DNA of 64,000 nucleotides, taken from contig NW_026262679.1 in the NCBI RefSeq assembly GCF_021869535.1, positions 93,558,001 to 93,622,000 of the forward strand. Direction: 5' to 3'. Under the pieces are notes generated by a model. That model did not search any database. It was not told the DNA's origin and worked only from the letters and a program-made list of their open reading frames with translations. Each line of letters starts with the position of its first letter. Within the stretch, counting starts at the first letter, position 1. The position numbers and the translations under genes were made by a program. This stretch comes from Mytilus californianus. Its lineage: Eukaryota. This document shows positions 11,770 through 24,326 of this stretch, in pieces.

Positions 11770-13177
11770 TTTTTTGAAAAAAAGACAAGACATTACATAA
11801 TGGAATTCATCGCCGATGTCAGCAATTCACAAAGGTGTCATAATCTCTCTGGTCTTTGAACATTATGCCACCTCCCTGTCTCCACTGGCAAACGGTGATT
11901 GCAACATCTAAATTTACATAATTTCAGTACATTATTAAACGATAAAACTGAAATATACTTTTCGAATTTAAGTTCAGTTTTGAATAATTTATAACATAAA
12001 CCTTTTGATGATTGATTTACATCTGCAAACCATTCTTGTCTAAACTGATCTCTTAACTTTTGTTCAATGCTTAATAACCTCTATTGTTTTGAGATATAAT
12101 CTTGATTTTGCCATATATTTGACATTCAACAATTATCAAAAATACTATTGATAAATGACAACCATTTGTTTTCAATTTCATAATTATTATAATTAATATA
12201 TATCAACTTAAATAACATTGACGAAATCTTGTTTTCAAATGTGTTATCAAGAAGGTTGCACCAAAATTTTATCATCCGTAATTTAACGTGTACAGAAATC
12301 GGATATCTTCCCAATTCCCCATAAATCATAAAATTAGGAGTCGATCTTTTTAACCGTGAAACATGTTTACAAAAACTCAAATGCACCCTTTCCAAAATGT
12401 CAAGGTTTTCGTATCCCCAGATTTCGACCCCATATAAAAGAATAGGTAAAACAGCCTTATCAAACATATCGAGCTGGCACTCTATAGAAAGATGGTTAGA
12501 TCTACACTTCTTAATAACACAATACATAGCTTTAATAGCTTGATCTCTAAGATATTTTCCACTTGCAAAAAAAAAGATGCATTTCTAGAGAATATAACAC
12601 CAAGGTATTTATAGTTCTTAACAATTTCAATCTTTTCGTTAAATAATGTAAAACTTCAAATTATTTTGTGGTCTACCTTTTGAAAAAATCATTCCTCTGT
12701 CTTGTTAACATTAATTTTAAGTTTCCACTTTTCACAATATTGAGAAAAACTATTTAAAAGTAACTGTAAATCTGTGCTTGATTCAGCAAGTAAAATCGAA
12801 TCGTCAGCATACAATACGACACATATCTTAAAATAAATGTCCAATTCATTTTCTATGTCAGATATAATTGAATGTACACCTTTTATATCACTATTTTCTA
12901 AAAATTCTTGAAGATAATTTAGGCACAAAGAAAATAATAAAGGAGACTACAATATCACTAGCAAACATGTCAGATGCTTCATTATTATGTACAACTCGTG
13001 ATTTAACATCTTTATACAAATTTTCTACTATTCTAAGAAATTTACAGGTTATCTTATTTAAAACAAGTTTATACAGAAGTGAGTTTCTTTGAACATAGTC
13101 GAAGGCTTTTTCAAAGTCAACGAATACACAATGTATTTTTTTTTTCGTTTGACACATAGCAATTCAAGGAGTGCATA
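11770..13177 (-). mobile_element. Non-LTR retrotransposon (APE-RT; CR1/L2/RTE-X-like), 3' part: RT core and C-terminal Cys/His region
   Basis: FVDFEKAFD, LYADDSILLAES..LQ, PILLYGVEIWG, TPNFMIYGELGRYP, NHRLPVETGRW..GDEFHYVMSC; frameshifted. Confidence 0.9.
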
Positions 13178-13974
13178 TGTTAGCGGCAATAAGTAAAATT
13201 AGGCATTAAGCTTAAATCCTAGGCAATAAGCTAACGCCTAGGCATTAATTTATTGCCAAAAAATTTTAGGCATTAAGCTTATTTCCTGAAATCTGATGTT
13301 GATTATTCAACCTATTGCCAAACATCATTTCAGGCAATAAGTGAACTTTGGGATTTTTGCTTTATCTTCCATATAAATGTACATTCGGTGAAATATTCTA
13401 AATGTAAAGTATTGTTTATATCATATTCCAAATATTAATATATATTAATTTTACAGATCTTCAAATTTTAGTATTTTTCATATTCTTAACAGAATTAACT
13501 TGTATTTCTTTGTGGTATTACTCAAAATGATAAGTGATTGTATCTAATGAAAGGATGTGGATTGGTGATTCTATCTGAAAATTATTTGAAGAAAATCCGC
13601 ACTTCACTGGTCGAGCTGGTTTTGGTCTGGTCAAAAATAGATGCATGTAGATGTGAATTTTTACTCACATCATCTTTCCATTGATTTTATTGGGCATGAA
13701 AAACATATACTGTAAAACATTTTGTTAATTGTCACCAGGCAATCTTGTCTTTTTCACTTCTTAACCTGTATTATTAGCATTTAAGTGACATGTCAACTGA
13801 AGACAAATTTCTTAAATCTTTGTGGTCTAAATTTGAATCAGTGAAAACAAGGAGCATATACCCTAGATAATACAATGATCCTTTGGCAAAGATTGAACTT
13901 TACCTTATAGAATCCCCAGAAAAGACAGCAGCTATAGACTTCTACAATTAAAAAAGGTATTTCATTCCCTGTTG

Positions 13975-14760
13975 TTAATTTTCCTTTTTTAGACGGCGAT
14001 GTTCCTTTGGCTCCATCATACGGTGTTTGTATATCCCAACTCGTATGTTATGCCCGTGTGTGTAGTAATGTCATAGATTTTAACGAACGTAATCAATGCA
14101 TCACTGCTAAATTATTAAGTCAGGGATTTCGTTACCATAGATTACGTAAAACTTTGACTAAATTCTTTCATTGATACAAAGATTTGATTAGTAAATTTGG
14201 CTGTACCTGTAGAAAACTGATTAAAACGGTATTTCACATCCTTAATTTTACGGTAATATTGTACTTAAAGCGCGGAAATCACTATGTGATGCGTGTAAAC
14301 TCATCGAACCTTTAAATAAACTTATAAGTAAAGGTTATCTTACCAAAGTTGTAATTAGATCTTTGAATATAGTTTACATTGGCAATAATATCGATTTTGT
14401 CATCAGCAAATTAAAACATAACTAAATTTGTATTCTTTTCAAACGGGATGTATATAGACACACCCACGTTCATTTTGATCTATTAAGAGGTTAACTCCTA
14501 ACTATCCTACTGCCTGTCGATACATTTATTTTTGGCATTGCACAAGTCATGTCTTCTTTGACTGTCCATGACGTTAAAATACTAAATCCCTGGGATGTGT
14601 TTTAGTTGATTTTAGTCTCTGATGCATGATTTTTTATTATTAATTGTTTTTGGCTTTTAACTAGCTGTCAGTAACTGCAAGTACTCTCAAATCGTACTTT
14701 CTTGATCATTTGACCTGTTGATACTAATTGTAATGCTTTTTTGTTATTTAATGTTTACTT
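13975..14760 (+). mobile_element. Penelope-like RT C-terminal fragment and 3' tail nested in Ginger
   Basis: Translates DGDVPLAPSYGVCISQLVCYARVCSNVIDFNERN..KLLSQGFRYHRLRKTLTKF, homologous to NIPAAPAYGVYISQLIRYSRAC at 51042-51362, but a different subfamily. Confidence 0.8.
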
Positions 14761-15109
14761 ATTCAGGGTTATATCTGGTCTAGATACCAGCTTTGATAAG
14801 TGTTTGGTATTACTATAAATTTTCACTTCTCCGTACTATGAACATCAAAATTATTTATTTTGTAAAAATATTTCCTTTCTCCATTTGAACTGTACACGTA
14901 TACCTAACAACAAAATTATTTTCATTTACCTGTGTTTAAAGTTATTGCAACTGGATGATATTTTTGTTCAAGCATATTGTTTTTCTTAAATTGTTTAACA
15001 TTTCACAGCGGTATAACATGTTACTTTAATTATTCTTCCCTTAGTTTATTTATTCTGTATTTACATTGTATCCTAGATCAAATTTATTTGTTCAGTGTAT
15101 GTTCACTGG

Positions 15110-15540
15110 TGTTAATATGTCTTTTGATTGAGTTAAGCCATTTCAATTGATATTTTAGAGTGTGTCTTTCTATGTTGTGAGGTTACACTATTGTTTCAAA
15201 TAAGGGTGAAGGTTTGGTACTATTAAAACGTTTAAACCCACTGTAATTGTTTGCACCTGTCCTAAGTCAGGAATCTGATGTTCAGTAGTTGTCGTTTGTT
15301 GATGTGGTTCATAAGTGTTTCTCGTTTCTCGTTTTTTATATAGATTAGACCGTTGGTTTTCCCGTTTGAATGGTTTTACACTAGTAATTTTTGGGGCCCT
15401 TTATAGCTTGCTGTTCGGTGTGAGCCAAGCCTCCGTGTTGAAGACCGCACTTTGACCTATAATGGTTTACTTTTATAAATCTTGACTTGGATGGAGAGTT
15501 GTCTCATTGGCACTCATACCACATCTTCTTATATCTATGA
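15110..15540. repeat. Dispersed SINE-like repeat ending TTGTCTCATTGGCACTCATACCACATCTTCTTAT
   Basis: A diverged second copy lies at ~41000-41285 (CCTGTCCCAAGTCAG...TTGTCTCATTGACAATCATACCACATCTCC). Confidence 0.7.
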
Positions 15541-16143
15541 CATGTTTAGCATTGGAGGCTTTGAAAGGTAAAAAGTAAAATAAAGGAAGATGATGAAGAA
15601 AATTTAAAAAACAAATTCTTAGAGGAACTGTATGGTACATGAACAGGTCATGGCGACAGAGACCGTATAATTTAACCAACTTAATAATGCCTATGGCCCT
15701 AGAACACAGTTATTTCGTTGTGCATTTCTTTTAGACAATAAATTAAAATTAAAAAAAATCGCACCTGCTCTATCTCAAAAAGTGTTTTTACAGTGTAGTG
15801 TACTACTTTTGGGACCAATAATATCAAAATTATAGAAAAGTCTACCGCCTCTAACTCAAAATATGGACAATTGTATGTTAAGGGGGTCTATAATTCAGTT
15901 GGCAGCTTCAGAGATACTAAATTTTGACCTTTATTAACTGGACAAAATCAATACTTCACATAAAAATTCATCACCCAAATTTTTTTAACATGTAATTTCA
16001 TCCCCCAACTTAATATTTCATGCTTAACATATAAAGAAAGAAATTTGGAAAGTGTATGAAAAGAATTTGCAAGTTATACACTGTCCACACTAGGGACTAT
16101 ATTAGACAACGAAAATCAAAGGACGATAACTGTATCCTCGGAC

Positions 16144-16232
16144 CCTATGCAAATATTTCTCGTGATTCCATGGCTATGCAGATATTTCTCATGATTCCAT
16201 GGCTATGCAAATATTTCTCGTGATTCCATCGA
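16144..16232. repeat. 30-bp tandem repeat x3
   Basis: CTATGCA(A/G)ATATTTCTC(G/A)TGATTCCATGG repeated three times. Confidence 0.9.
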
Positions 16233-16244
16233 ACTATTTATTTC

Positions 16245-16580
16245 ACTTTGTGAAAATTGTAACATGAAGAAAAAGTATCTAGGGAAGGGAGTAGTAGTAT
16301 CCCATTTTATCCAAAGAGTTCAACAGTAAAGGACAGGTTGATTTAACGGATTTCCAAACCCAGATGGAAACTATAAATTTCGATAAAATCACCTAACAAA
16401 AGTTTGTAACATTAGAGCTCTCGAATAATGTGCTCCAGAGGTGACATTCGATTTAATTGATGTTTTCACAATTTTTGGTCCGCCCCATACACTGCAAAGT
16501 GACAATGGTCGTGAATTTACAGCTTTGGTTATATCCGAGTTAAAACTATTAAAGTGGCGAGACCTAGTGACTTTATTTCA
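16245..16580 (+). pseudogene. Integrase core remnant (KRBA2/SCAND3-like Ginger transposase)
   Basis: CENCNMKKK..GVVV.PILSKEFNSKGQVDL..PDGNYK..HLTK..RAL..EVTFDLIDVFTIFGPPHTLQSDNGREFTA across frameshifts; QSDNGREF is the integrase second-Asp motif. Confidence 0.85.
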
Positions 16581-16825
16581 GGTAGTTGACATTTTAAATT
16601 TTAGTTCTTATCATGTTATAATGTACCAATGTATTTTAACTTTGAATAAATGTCTTTTTATTTACTTGTATTTACATTTTAGGCATTGAAATTAATGCCT
16701 GGACACATTTTTTAGGATTTAAGAATAATGCCTAACATCATTTAGGCAATAGACTTACTGCTTAGGCATAAGCTTATTGCCTAGGATTTAAGCTTAATGC
16801 CTAATTTCACTTATTGCCGCTAACA

Positions 16826-18500
16826 CATACAATGAAAAAAATATTTGGTAGAGTAACCCTGTCGGAAGCCTGCTTGATTTTCTTTCAAGATATTTAGTTC
16901 ATCAACAAATTCCCCCAGTCTATCATTAAGAATAGATGTAAAAATCTTTCCAAGGCATGACAATAAAGTAACTATTCTTGAACACTGGTATTATGTTTCC
17001 AATGAGGCAGGCCTCCGGCAGAATACCCGTATCAAAAACAAGATAAAACAATTTTACATATCCATCAATCATACTGTCAAGAGAATTTGCAACATATTCA
17101 TTGATAATATTATCTTCACCTGGCGATTTGTTGTTCTTTGCCTTTTTAATAGCTTTCCGGGTGCGGGAGTTTCTTGCTGCATTGAAGACCCATTGGTGGC
17201 CTTCGGCTGTTGTCTGCTCTATGGTCGGGTTGTTGATTCTTTGACATCCATTATCACTGAACTAGTATACATATTTGTTTAGGGGCCAGCTGAAGGACGC
17301 CTCCGGGTGCGGGAGTTTCTCGCTGCATTGCAGACCCATTGGTGGCCTTCGGCTGTTGTCTGCTCTATGGTCGGGTTGTTGTCTCTTTGACACATTCCCC
17401 ATTTCCATTCTCAATTTTATTGATAATTTCGCCATGTGTAATTACACCATTCAGTGTCTCATTTACAAGATCTGAGTTCAAATCATTATCGATGACAAAA
17501 TCGTCTTGAAACTTGTTTTTATTCAATTCTTTAAAAAAATTCAAATAAAGTTTCAAAAGATATATTGCTTTTTTCTCGTTGTCTACTTCTGTTATAAAGT
17601 TTTCAAAATTCTTTTGGATTTAAGTTTTTTCATATTATCACTTATTTTCCTATTATACTTCTTAATGTTTTCGTCCATTACATTTTTATAATAATATTCA
17701 CAGTGTTGTAATCGTTCATTAAATAAATTTGACCCATAATGTTTATACATTCTTTGTGCCTTTCTCAGTTCTTTCTTTGCCTTTTTACAATCAAAATTAT
17801 AGCATTGTTTATTATGTTTTCTATTAAAATTCAGCATATTCCTATTAAAACTATGTGTACCAAATTTTGTTTTGGCAGAATCAATTGAAATATCAGTAAT
17901 ATTTGTAACAACAGTATTTATTTCATTTTTTGTTACATTTTCAAGATTACTATTACAGATAATTCATCAATAACCTGTTTTATTTTGTCACCATCTATGT
18001 TTTTTTTTAAATCCTTTACCTGCTCAAAGTTCCATTTTCCAATTTTATTTTCTTCTTAGTAAGATAACTCTGTAGTGTGTATTTCAAATGAAGGATTCAC
18101 CATATTAATAGATAGTTTAAAGGTGAGTAAACATCAGAAAAAAGTTTAGAAAATTCAAGAACTTCAAAATTCGTTATGCATTTTAAAAAGTGTGAAGTAC
18201 AAACAATATAATCTATAACACTATTATTTCTACTGGTAGGTCGACCATTAATATCTTGATTAACTCTACCGTTTAAAATAAATACTTTGTTATTTTTACA
18301 AAATTCAAGAAACTTTCTGCCATAACAATTAACAACTTTGTCGGAATTGTTTCTTGTTCTTGATTTATTTAAATCGTCTGTCATATATACATCAGTAAAA
18401 TCAGTGTGATCAGTAAGGTTGTCAATAACAAAATCATCTACATCATCTTCATCACCTGTGTATCATAATCAATTGAATCTTGTGTTTAAACCGCATTGTA
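16826..18500 (-). mobile_element. 5' part of the same LINE: AP-endonuclease C-terminus, linker and RT start
   Basis: VVNCYGRKFLEFCK..ILNGR..SVIDY..FSD (APE); KNNKSPGEDNIINEY, PENYRPITLLSC.GKIFTSILNDRL, ENQAGFRQGYST (RT). Joins seamlessly to 13173 once Ginger and one TSD copy are removed. Confidence 0.9.
17156..17425. repeat. Dispersed repeat (partial plus longer copy in tandem) inserted in the LINE
   Basis: CCGGGTGCGGGAGTTTCT..GACCCATTGGTGGCCTTCGGCTG..TTTGACACATTCCCCATTTCCATTCTCAATTTT. Other pieces at 26305-26350 (reverse), 45640-45802, 48960-49110 and 52954-52985. Confidence 0.85.
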
Positions 18501-18603
18501 CTAGCCTCATTGTACCCATTTCATTATATAAATAGTCCTTATGGACCAAATATTCCATACTAATCATAACATGGGGAATAAATAACAGTGACGGTACCAA
18601 TTT

Positions 18604-18654
18604 TCTGCACCAGAGGTGCATTTCGACAATAAATGACTCTTCAGTGATGCTCGA
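18604..18654 (-). ncRNA. Degenerate minimal type I hammerhead ribozyme, second family
   Basis: Minus strand: GAGCATCA-CTGAAGA-GTCATTTATTGTC-GAAA-TGCAC-CTC-TGGTGCA. The CUGAAGA and GAAA cores are intact; stem I is GCATCA/TGGTGC; stem II has one mismatch. Confidence 0.65.
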
Positions 18655-18777
18655 TAAATAAAACTGATAAATCCCTAACTATTTCTTCCTTTTGGAACAC
18701 AGACAGGAGGCAATGGTATAGCAGAAAAGATATAAAATCCTGTGGAAAATTGATAAATGGATAAGAGTGTAAAAAAA

Positions 18778-18900
18778 TCTGCGGCCGCCACAAAACGAAT
18801 CGAGAAATAATAATAATCTGCGGGCAGGAATAATTGTAATTTGCGTGCGGGATTGACAATTATCTTCGGGCGGGAATAATAATAATCTGCGGGCGGGAAT
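18778..18900. repeat. Short imperfect repeats of AATAATCTGCGGGCGGGA
   Basis: About five copies of a (T/C)GCGGGC(A/G)GGA-like motif separated by AAT runs. Confidence 0.65.
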
Positions 18901-18917
18901 TTGAAGGTCGCCGAATA

Positions 18918-20245
18918 ATTATTAAGGTCTTTCCTTTCACTATAAGGAAAGACCTTACTGTATTTCTTCTGATTATTATTATTATTATTTGGTCTTTTCC
19001 ACTTTTACGTGGAAAGACCTATTGGTTTTGTTCTGATTTTTAGGTCTTTCCACTTTTCCGAAGAAAGACCTATTGGTTTTGTTCTGATTATTATTTTTTT
19101 TCTTCCGCCTATTTTTTTTTTCCTTCGCTGTTTTTTTGTTTCGCAAGATATTGCTTAGAAATATGGCATATAATATCGAACAGTTAATACGCTTTTGAAA
19201 CTGACACCGCGTAACCAAAAACTTTTCGATGTAAGAGTTACCTCCCCGAACACTGTTTTTCTTGTTATTACTCATACGTCGCAACTGCATAAGAAACCGA
19301 TTAATTTATTTTACCAAATTCCTCGTTATATCCTCAGGATGATTTGATTGATTTTGACCAAAGCTATCTGGAGACTCCATATGAGAGTTATTTCCCCTTA
19401 TGCATTTGATATAAGTGATGTGCATTTGTAACTGAAAAACCATAACTTATAGAGACCTGAGGTCTTTTGATTTGAGGTCCTCGGTCCAAAAAAAAGAAAA
19501 TAAGGTCAAGGTCAAAGGTCAAGGTCATATTCTAAATTTTGATTTTGGCTTGTTATCACTTATTTTCAGAGATTGTATAAGATATCGACAAAATATTTTT
19601 ACAGAATTGTTAGTTACGACGTGTCGTAACACGTAAATTTTAGTTGAAAGGGTACGTAGACATTTAATGGGAGTTTTCGCCCCTTTTATATCTTATATTA
19701 GCTGTATGGTAATATAACTCATTAACAATATATAGTATAGACCTAGAGTGTTTTGATTTGAGGCCCTTGTTTCATGACCTTGAAATTGGGGTCAAGGTCA
19801 AAGCTTGATTTGAAGTTCGAGAATTTGACCTTTGCTTTAACTTTTAAATTATGCATAATAAACCTATGGGACTTTGTGCACTAAGTTGCAAGTCATATAA
19901 CCTTGAAGAAATCAACTGGAAATGACCTTTTGTAAACCGGAAGTAGCAATTTTTTGTACTTATTTATTGTAAAAGTACATAGAACCATATATTTTTGGAA
20001 TCAGTGTCAAGTAAACTATCAAATGAGACCGAAATTGAAATTTTTCAAACCGGAAGTAACAATTTATCTCCCTTATTTCAAACAAAAATGTGTAGAAACC
20101 ATATATTTTTAAATTCAACGTACAATAAGTTATCATTTGTCACTGAAAATAACATTTCTAACCGAGTTTTATAATTTTAACATCAAAATTTATCGTATCG
20201 GGTGGAAAGACCTTCAATTGTTCTCTGAACAATTGGTTTTTAATT
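18918..20245 (+). mobile_element. HINE A: non-autonomous Helentron-associated element with three stacked 5' hairpins
   Basis: 5' AGGTCTTTCC-loop-GGAAAGACCT hairpins, (TTA)n, body, 3' subTIR GGAAAGACCT and palindrome CAATTGTTC-TCT-GAACAATTG. This matches the DINE-1/HINE architecture. Confidence 0.8.
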
Positions 20246-21741
20246 ATTAGGTCTTTCCACTTTTCGGTGGAAAGACCTATTGTATTTGTTCTGATTATTA
20301 TTATTAGGTCTTTCCACTTTTCGGTGGAAAGACCTATTGTATTTGTTCTGATTATTATTATTATTATTTTTTTTTTTTTTTCTTCCGCCAAATTTTGTTC
20401 TTGCGATAAATATTTGTTGTGCAATATGTCGCTTAGATATTTCTCATATTGTATCGTATAGTTTATGCGCTTTTAAATTTCACCCTGCTAAGCCGAACAA
20501 TTATCTTTGTAAGAGTTATCTCCCTATTCACTGTTTATCAAGTGTGTGCATCTCCTTCGTAACAAAAAAAGATATCGACAAAATTCTTCTTTTTGGTTGT
20601 TCGTTACATCCTCAGGAATTTTTGGCTAATTTGGATCGAAGCGATTCGATGAAATTTTATAGGAGTTATCTACCTTTATCAAATAAATTTGTCGTTATGT
20701 TTTTGTTACTCATAAACTGTAAGCCGTATAAACCTATAGTCTTTTTATTTGAGGTCCTTGGATCCTAACTTCAAAAATGAGGTCAAGGTCAAAGGTCAAG
20801 GTCATGTTCTGAATTTTGTCTTTTGCTTGTTTTTGCATTTTCTCCGATATTTTTAATATTATATATAAAAGAACAAGTGCAAAATGTTTGTTATATTGTG
20901 ATGAAGATATGATACATTTGGTCTGAGACAATCCAGCGACATCTTATTGGAGTTATTGCCCCTGAAATGTTTTATTTTAAGGTAAATTGATTATTACTTC
21001 ATATTGGTACATGATAAAGCCATAAGATCTTTTGCAAAATGTTGGGTGACATATGACCTTGAAAAATGTCAACCGGAAGTGACCTTAAGTGAACTGGAAG
21101 TAGTCATTTTTGCACTTATTTCATGTAGAAGTACATAAAAACCATATATTTTTTGAATGGTCATACATTAATCTATCATTTGAGACCGGAAGTGATATTT
21201 TATAAACGGAAGTAGCATATTATCTCCCTCATTACAGGCATAAGTATATATAAACCATATATTTTTGGAATCAGTGTAAATAAAGCTATCATATGAAACC
21301 GAAAGTGACATTTTCTAAACCGGAAGTAGTCAATTATCTCCCTTTTTACAGGCAAAAGTGTATATAAACCATATATTTTTGGAATCAGTGTAAATAAATA
21401 TCATATGAGACCGGAAGTGTCATTTTCTAAACCGGAAGTAGCCAATTATCTCCCTTTTTACAGGCAAAAGTATATATAAACCATATATTTTTGGAATCGG
21501 TGTAAATAAAGCTATCATATGAGACCGGAAGTGACATTTTCTAAACCGGAAGTTGACAATTATCTCCCTTATTTTAGGCAAAAGTCTATAGAAACCATAT
21601 GTTTATTGAATCAGTATGATGAGACCTATCATTGGACGCCAATAGTAGCTTTGAGTAAACCAGAATTAGCTTCTCATCAATTATTTAGAAAATTGATGTG
21701 GAAAGACCTTCAATTGTTCTTTGAACAATTGGTTTTTAATT
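20246..21741 (+). mobile_element. HINE B with central 114-bp tandem array
   Basis: Two 57-bp hairpin heads, a body, about 4 intact 112-114-bp units (21181-21600) and the same 3' subTIR and palindrome. Confidence 0.85.
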
Positions 21742-23240
21742 ATTATTATTTTTTTTTTTTTTTCTTCTGCCAAATTTTGTTCTTGAGATAAATATTTGTT
21801 TCGCAATATGTCGCTTAGATATTTCTCATATTGTATCGTATAGTTTATGCGCTTTTAAATTTCACCCTGCTAAGCCGAACAATTATCTTTGTAAGAGTTA
21901 TCTCCCTATTCACTGTTTATCAAGTGTGTGCATCTCCTTCGTAACAAAAAAAGATATCGACAATATTCTTTTTCTAAATTGTTCGTTACATTCTCAGGAA
22001 TTTTTGGCTAATTTGGATCGAAGCGATTCGATGAAATTTTATAGGAGTTATCTACCTTTATCAAATAAATTTGTCGTTATGTTTTTGTTACTCATAAACT
22101 GTAAGCCGTATTAACCTATAGTCTTTTCATTTGAGGTCCTTGGATCCTAACTTCGAAAATGAGGTCAAGGTCAAAGGTCAAGGTCATGTTCTGAATTTTG
22201 TCTTTTGCTTGTTTTTGCATTTTCTCCAATATTTTTAATGTTATTTATTAAAGAGCAAGTGCAAAATGTTTGTTATATTGTGATGAAGATATGATACATT
22301 TGGTCTGAGACAATCCAGCGACATCTTATTGGAGTTATTGCCCCTGAAATGTTTTATTTTAAGGTAAATTGATTATTACTTCATATTGGTACATGATAAA
22401 GCCATAAGATCTTTTGCAAAATGTTGGGTGACATATGACCTTGAAAAATGTCAACCGGAAGTTACCTTGCGTGAACCGGAAGTAGTCATTTTTGCACTTA
22501 TTTCATGTAGAAGTACATAGAAACCATATATTTTTTGAATAGTCATACATTAATCTATCATTTGAGACCGGAAGTGATATTTTATAAACCGGAAGTAGCA
22601 TATTATCTCCCTTATTACAGGCATAAGTATATATAAACCATATATTTTTGGAATCAGTGTAAATAAAGGTATCATATGAGACCGAAAGTGACATTTTCTA
22701 AACCGGAAGTAGCCAATTATCTCCCTTTTTACAGGCAAAAGTGTATATAAACCATATATTTTTGGAATCAGTGTAAATAAATCTATCATATGAGACCGGA
22801 AGTGACATTTTCTAAACCGGAAGTAGCCAATTATCTCCCTTTTTACAGGCAAAAGTATATATAAACCATATATTTTTGGAATCAGTGTAAATAAATCTAT
22901 CATATGAGACCGGAAGTGACATTTTCTAAACCGGAAGTAGCCAATTATCTCCCTTTTTACAGGCAAAAGTATATATAAACCATATATTTTTGGAATCATT
23001 GTAAATAAAGCTATCATATGAGACCGGAAGTGACATTTTCTAAACCGGAAGTTGACAATTATCTCCTTTATTTCAGGCAAAAGTCTATAGAAACCATATG
23101 TTTATTGAATCAGTATGAAGAAACCTTTGATTGGACGCTAATAGTAGCTTTGAGTAAACCAGAATTAGCTTCTCATCAATTATTTAGAAAATTGATGTGG
23201 AAAGACCTTCAATTGTTCTTTGAACAATTGGTTTTTAATT
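21742..23240 (+). mobile_element. HINE C: tandem near-duplicate of B with one extra 114-bp unit
   Basis: Colinear with 20370-21741. TGAGAC recurs at 22677, 22791, 22905 and 23019 (period 114). It has no 5' hairpin of its own. Confidence 0.85.
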
Positions 23241-24326
23241 ATCATTATTATTATTATTCTTTCCGCCAAACTTAAACGACATTTCCCAAAAAAAGTACGC
23301 GACATGTTAAAATGATATTAGGTATCTAGTATTGGTTAACCAAAAGCTATCTTGTGGTGAGGGCACGACCGCGTAACATTTCCATTATAGCGGTTATCTC
23401 CCCTAACACCGAAAACCTTTTTATCATTCTAACTCCATTACCATAATAGGTAGAAAAAAACGAAGGGTGGAATTTGTTCAAGAGCAGATCCTGGTTCTTC
23501 ATTACATTTAGATTGAAAAGATTCAATGACTCATTGGTAGGGTTATGTCCTTTGAAAATTGACCAATGTCGGTTGGCCACTAAAACTCAGAAACCGTAAG
23601 TTGTAGGCACCTAGGATCTTCACCAATGATCATCAATTCACGTGACCATGAAAACTGATCTAAGGTCAAAGGTCAGGGTCATGACCTAGATTTTGACCTT
23701 AGCTTGTTATTGGATTTACTCGATAACCGTAAAAGATGTCTAATAAAATGTAATAGAGAAAATGTGTGTCTTGGCAAGATCTACATTTGTTATGTGGAAT
23801 CAAAATTATTGGACCAAATATTATGGACCTAGGGCACCAAAACTGTTTTTCGGGTCCGAAATGATGATTTTTTGCTTATAACTCAAAAGAGGTTAGAGAA
23901 AGAAAGAAACTTTGAATTGCAAAAATGTTCAGCATAATAAGATCTATAAAATTAGGTCAATATCAGAGGTCAAGGTCCCTAGCAACGACATAAAACACCT
24001 TAGTAACCATATATTTTTGAACTTAGAAGGCTATGAATAATATAAATATGAAATTTTTAATACTGGAAATGACATATTTGTCCCTAGCAACGCTTAATTT
24101 TTTTAACTTGAAAGACTATGAATAGTATATGACATTTATAATACTGGAAGTAATATTTTTATCCTTAGGAATGATTGTTTTCCTTAGGAATGATTTTTGT
24201 CCTTAACAACCACTTGTTATGAACATAAAAGTCCTTAGCAACCATATATTTATGAACTAAGAAGGCTATCAATAAAAGAAAAAAGGAAAGACCTTTCAAT
24301 TGTTCATGAACAATTGACTTTTTAAT
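23241..24326 (+). mobile_element. HINE D
   Basis: Starts (TTA)n-CTTTCCGCCAAAC and ends GGAAAGACCTTT-CAATTGTTCATGAACAATTG. An inverted copy lies at 26753-27862. Confidence 0.8.

Larger units (their letters stand above)
13178..16825 (+). mobile_element. Ginger-type (retroviral-integrase) DNA transposon relic
   Basis: ~55-bp TIRs TGTTAGCGGCAATAAGT(A/G)AAATTAGGCATTAAGCTTAAATCCTAGGCAATAAGCT with one mismatch; TGT...ACA termini; exact 4-bp TSD CATA (13174-13177 and 16826-16829); internal integrase remnant. Confidence 0.9.

Noticed and set aside
20246-20360. Palindromic repeats with regular 57-bp spacing, superficially CRISPR-like
   Set aside because: The intervening sequences are identical rather than unique spacers, there are no cas genes, and the context is eukaryotic; these are duplicated HINE heads.
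22503-23275. ORFs of 63-176 aa with repeated FRFRKCHFRSH peptides
   Set aside because: Translation products of the 114-bp (3n) tandem array, with no domain motifs.
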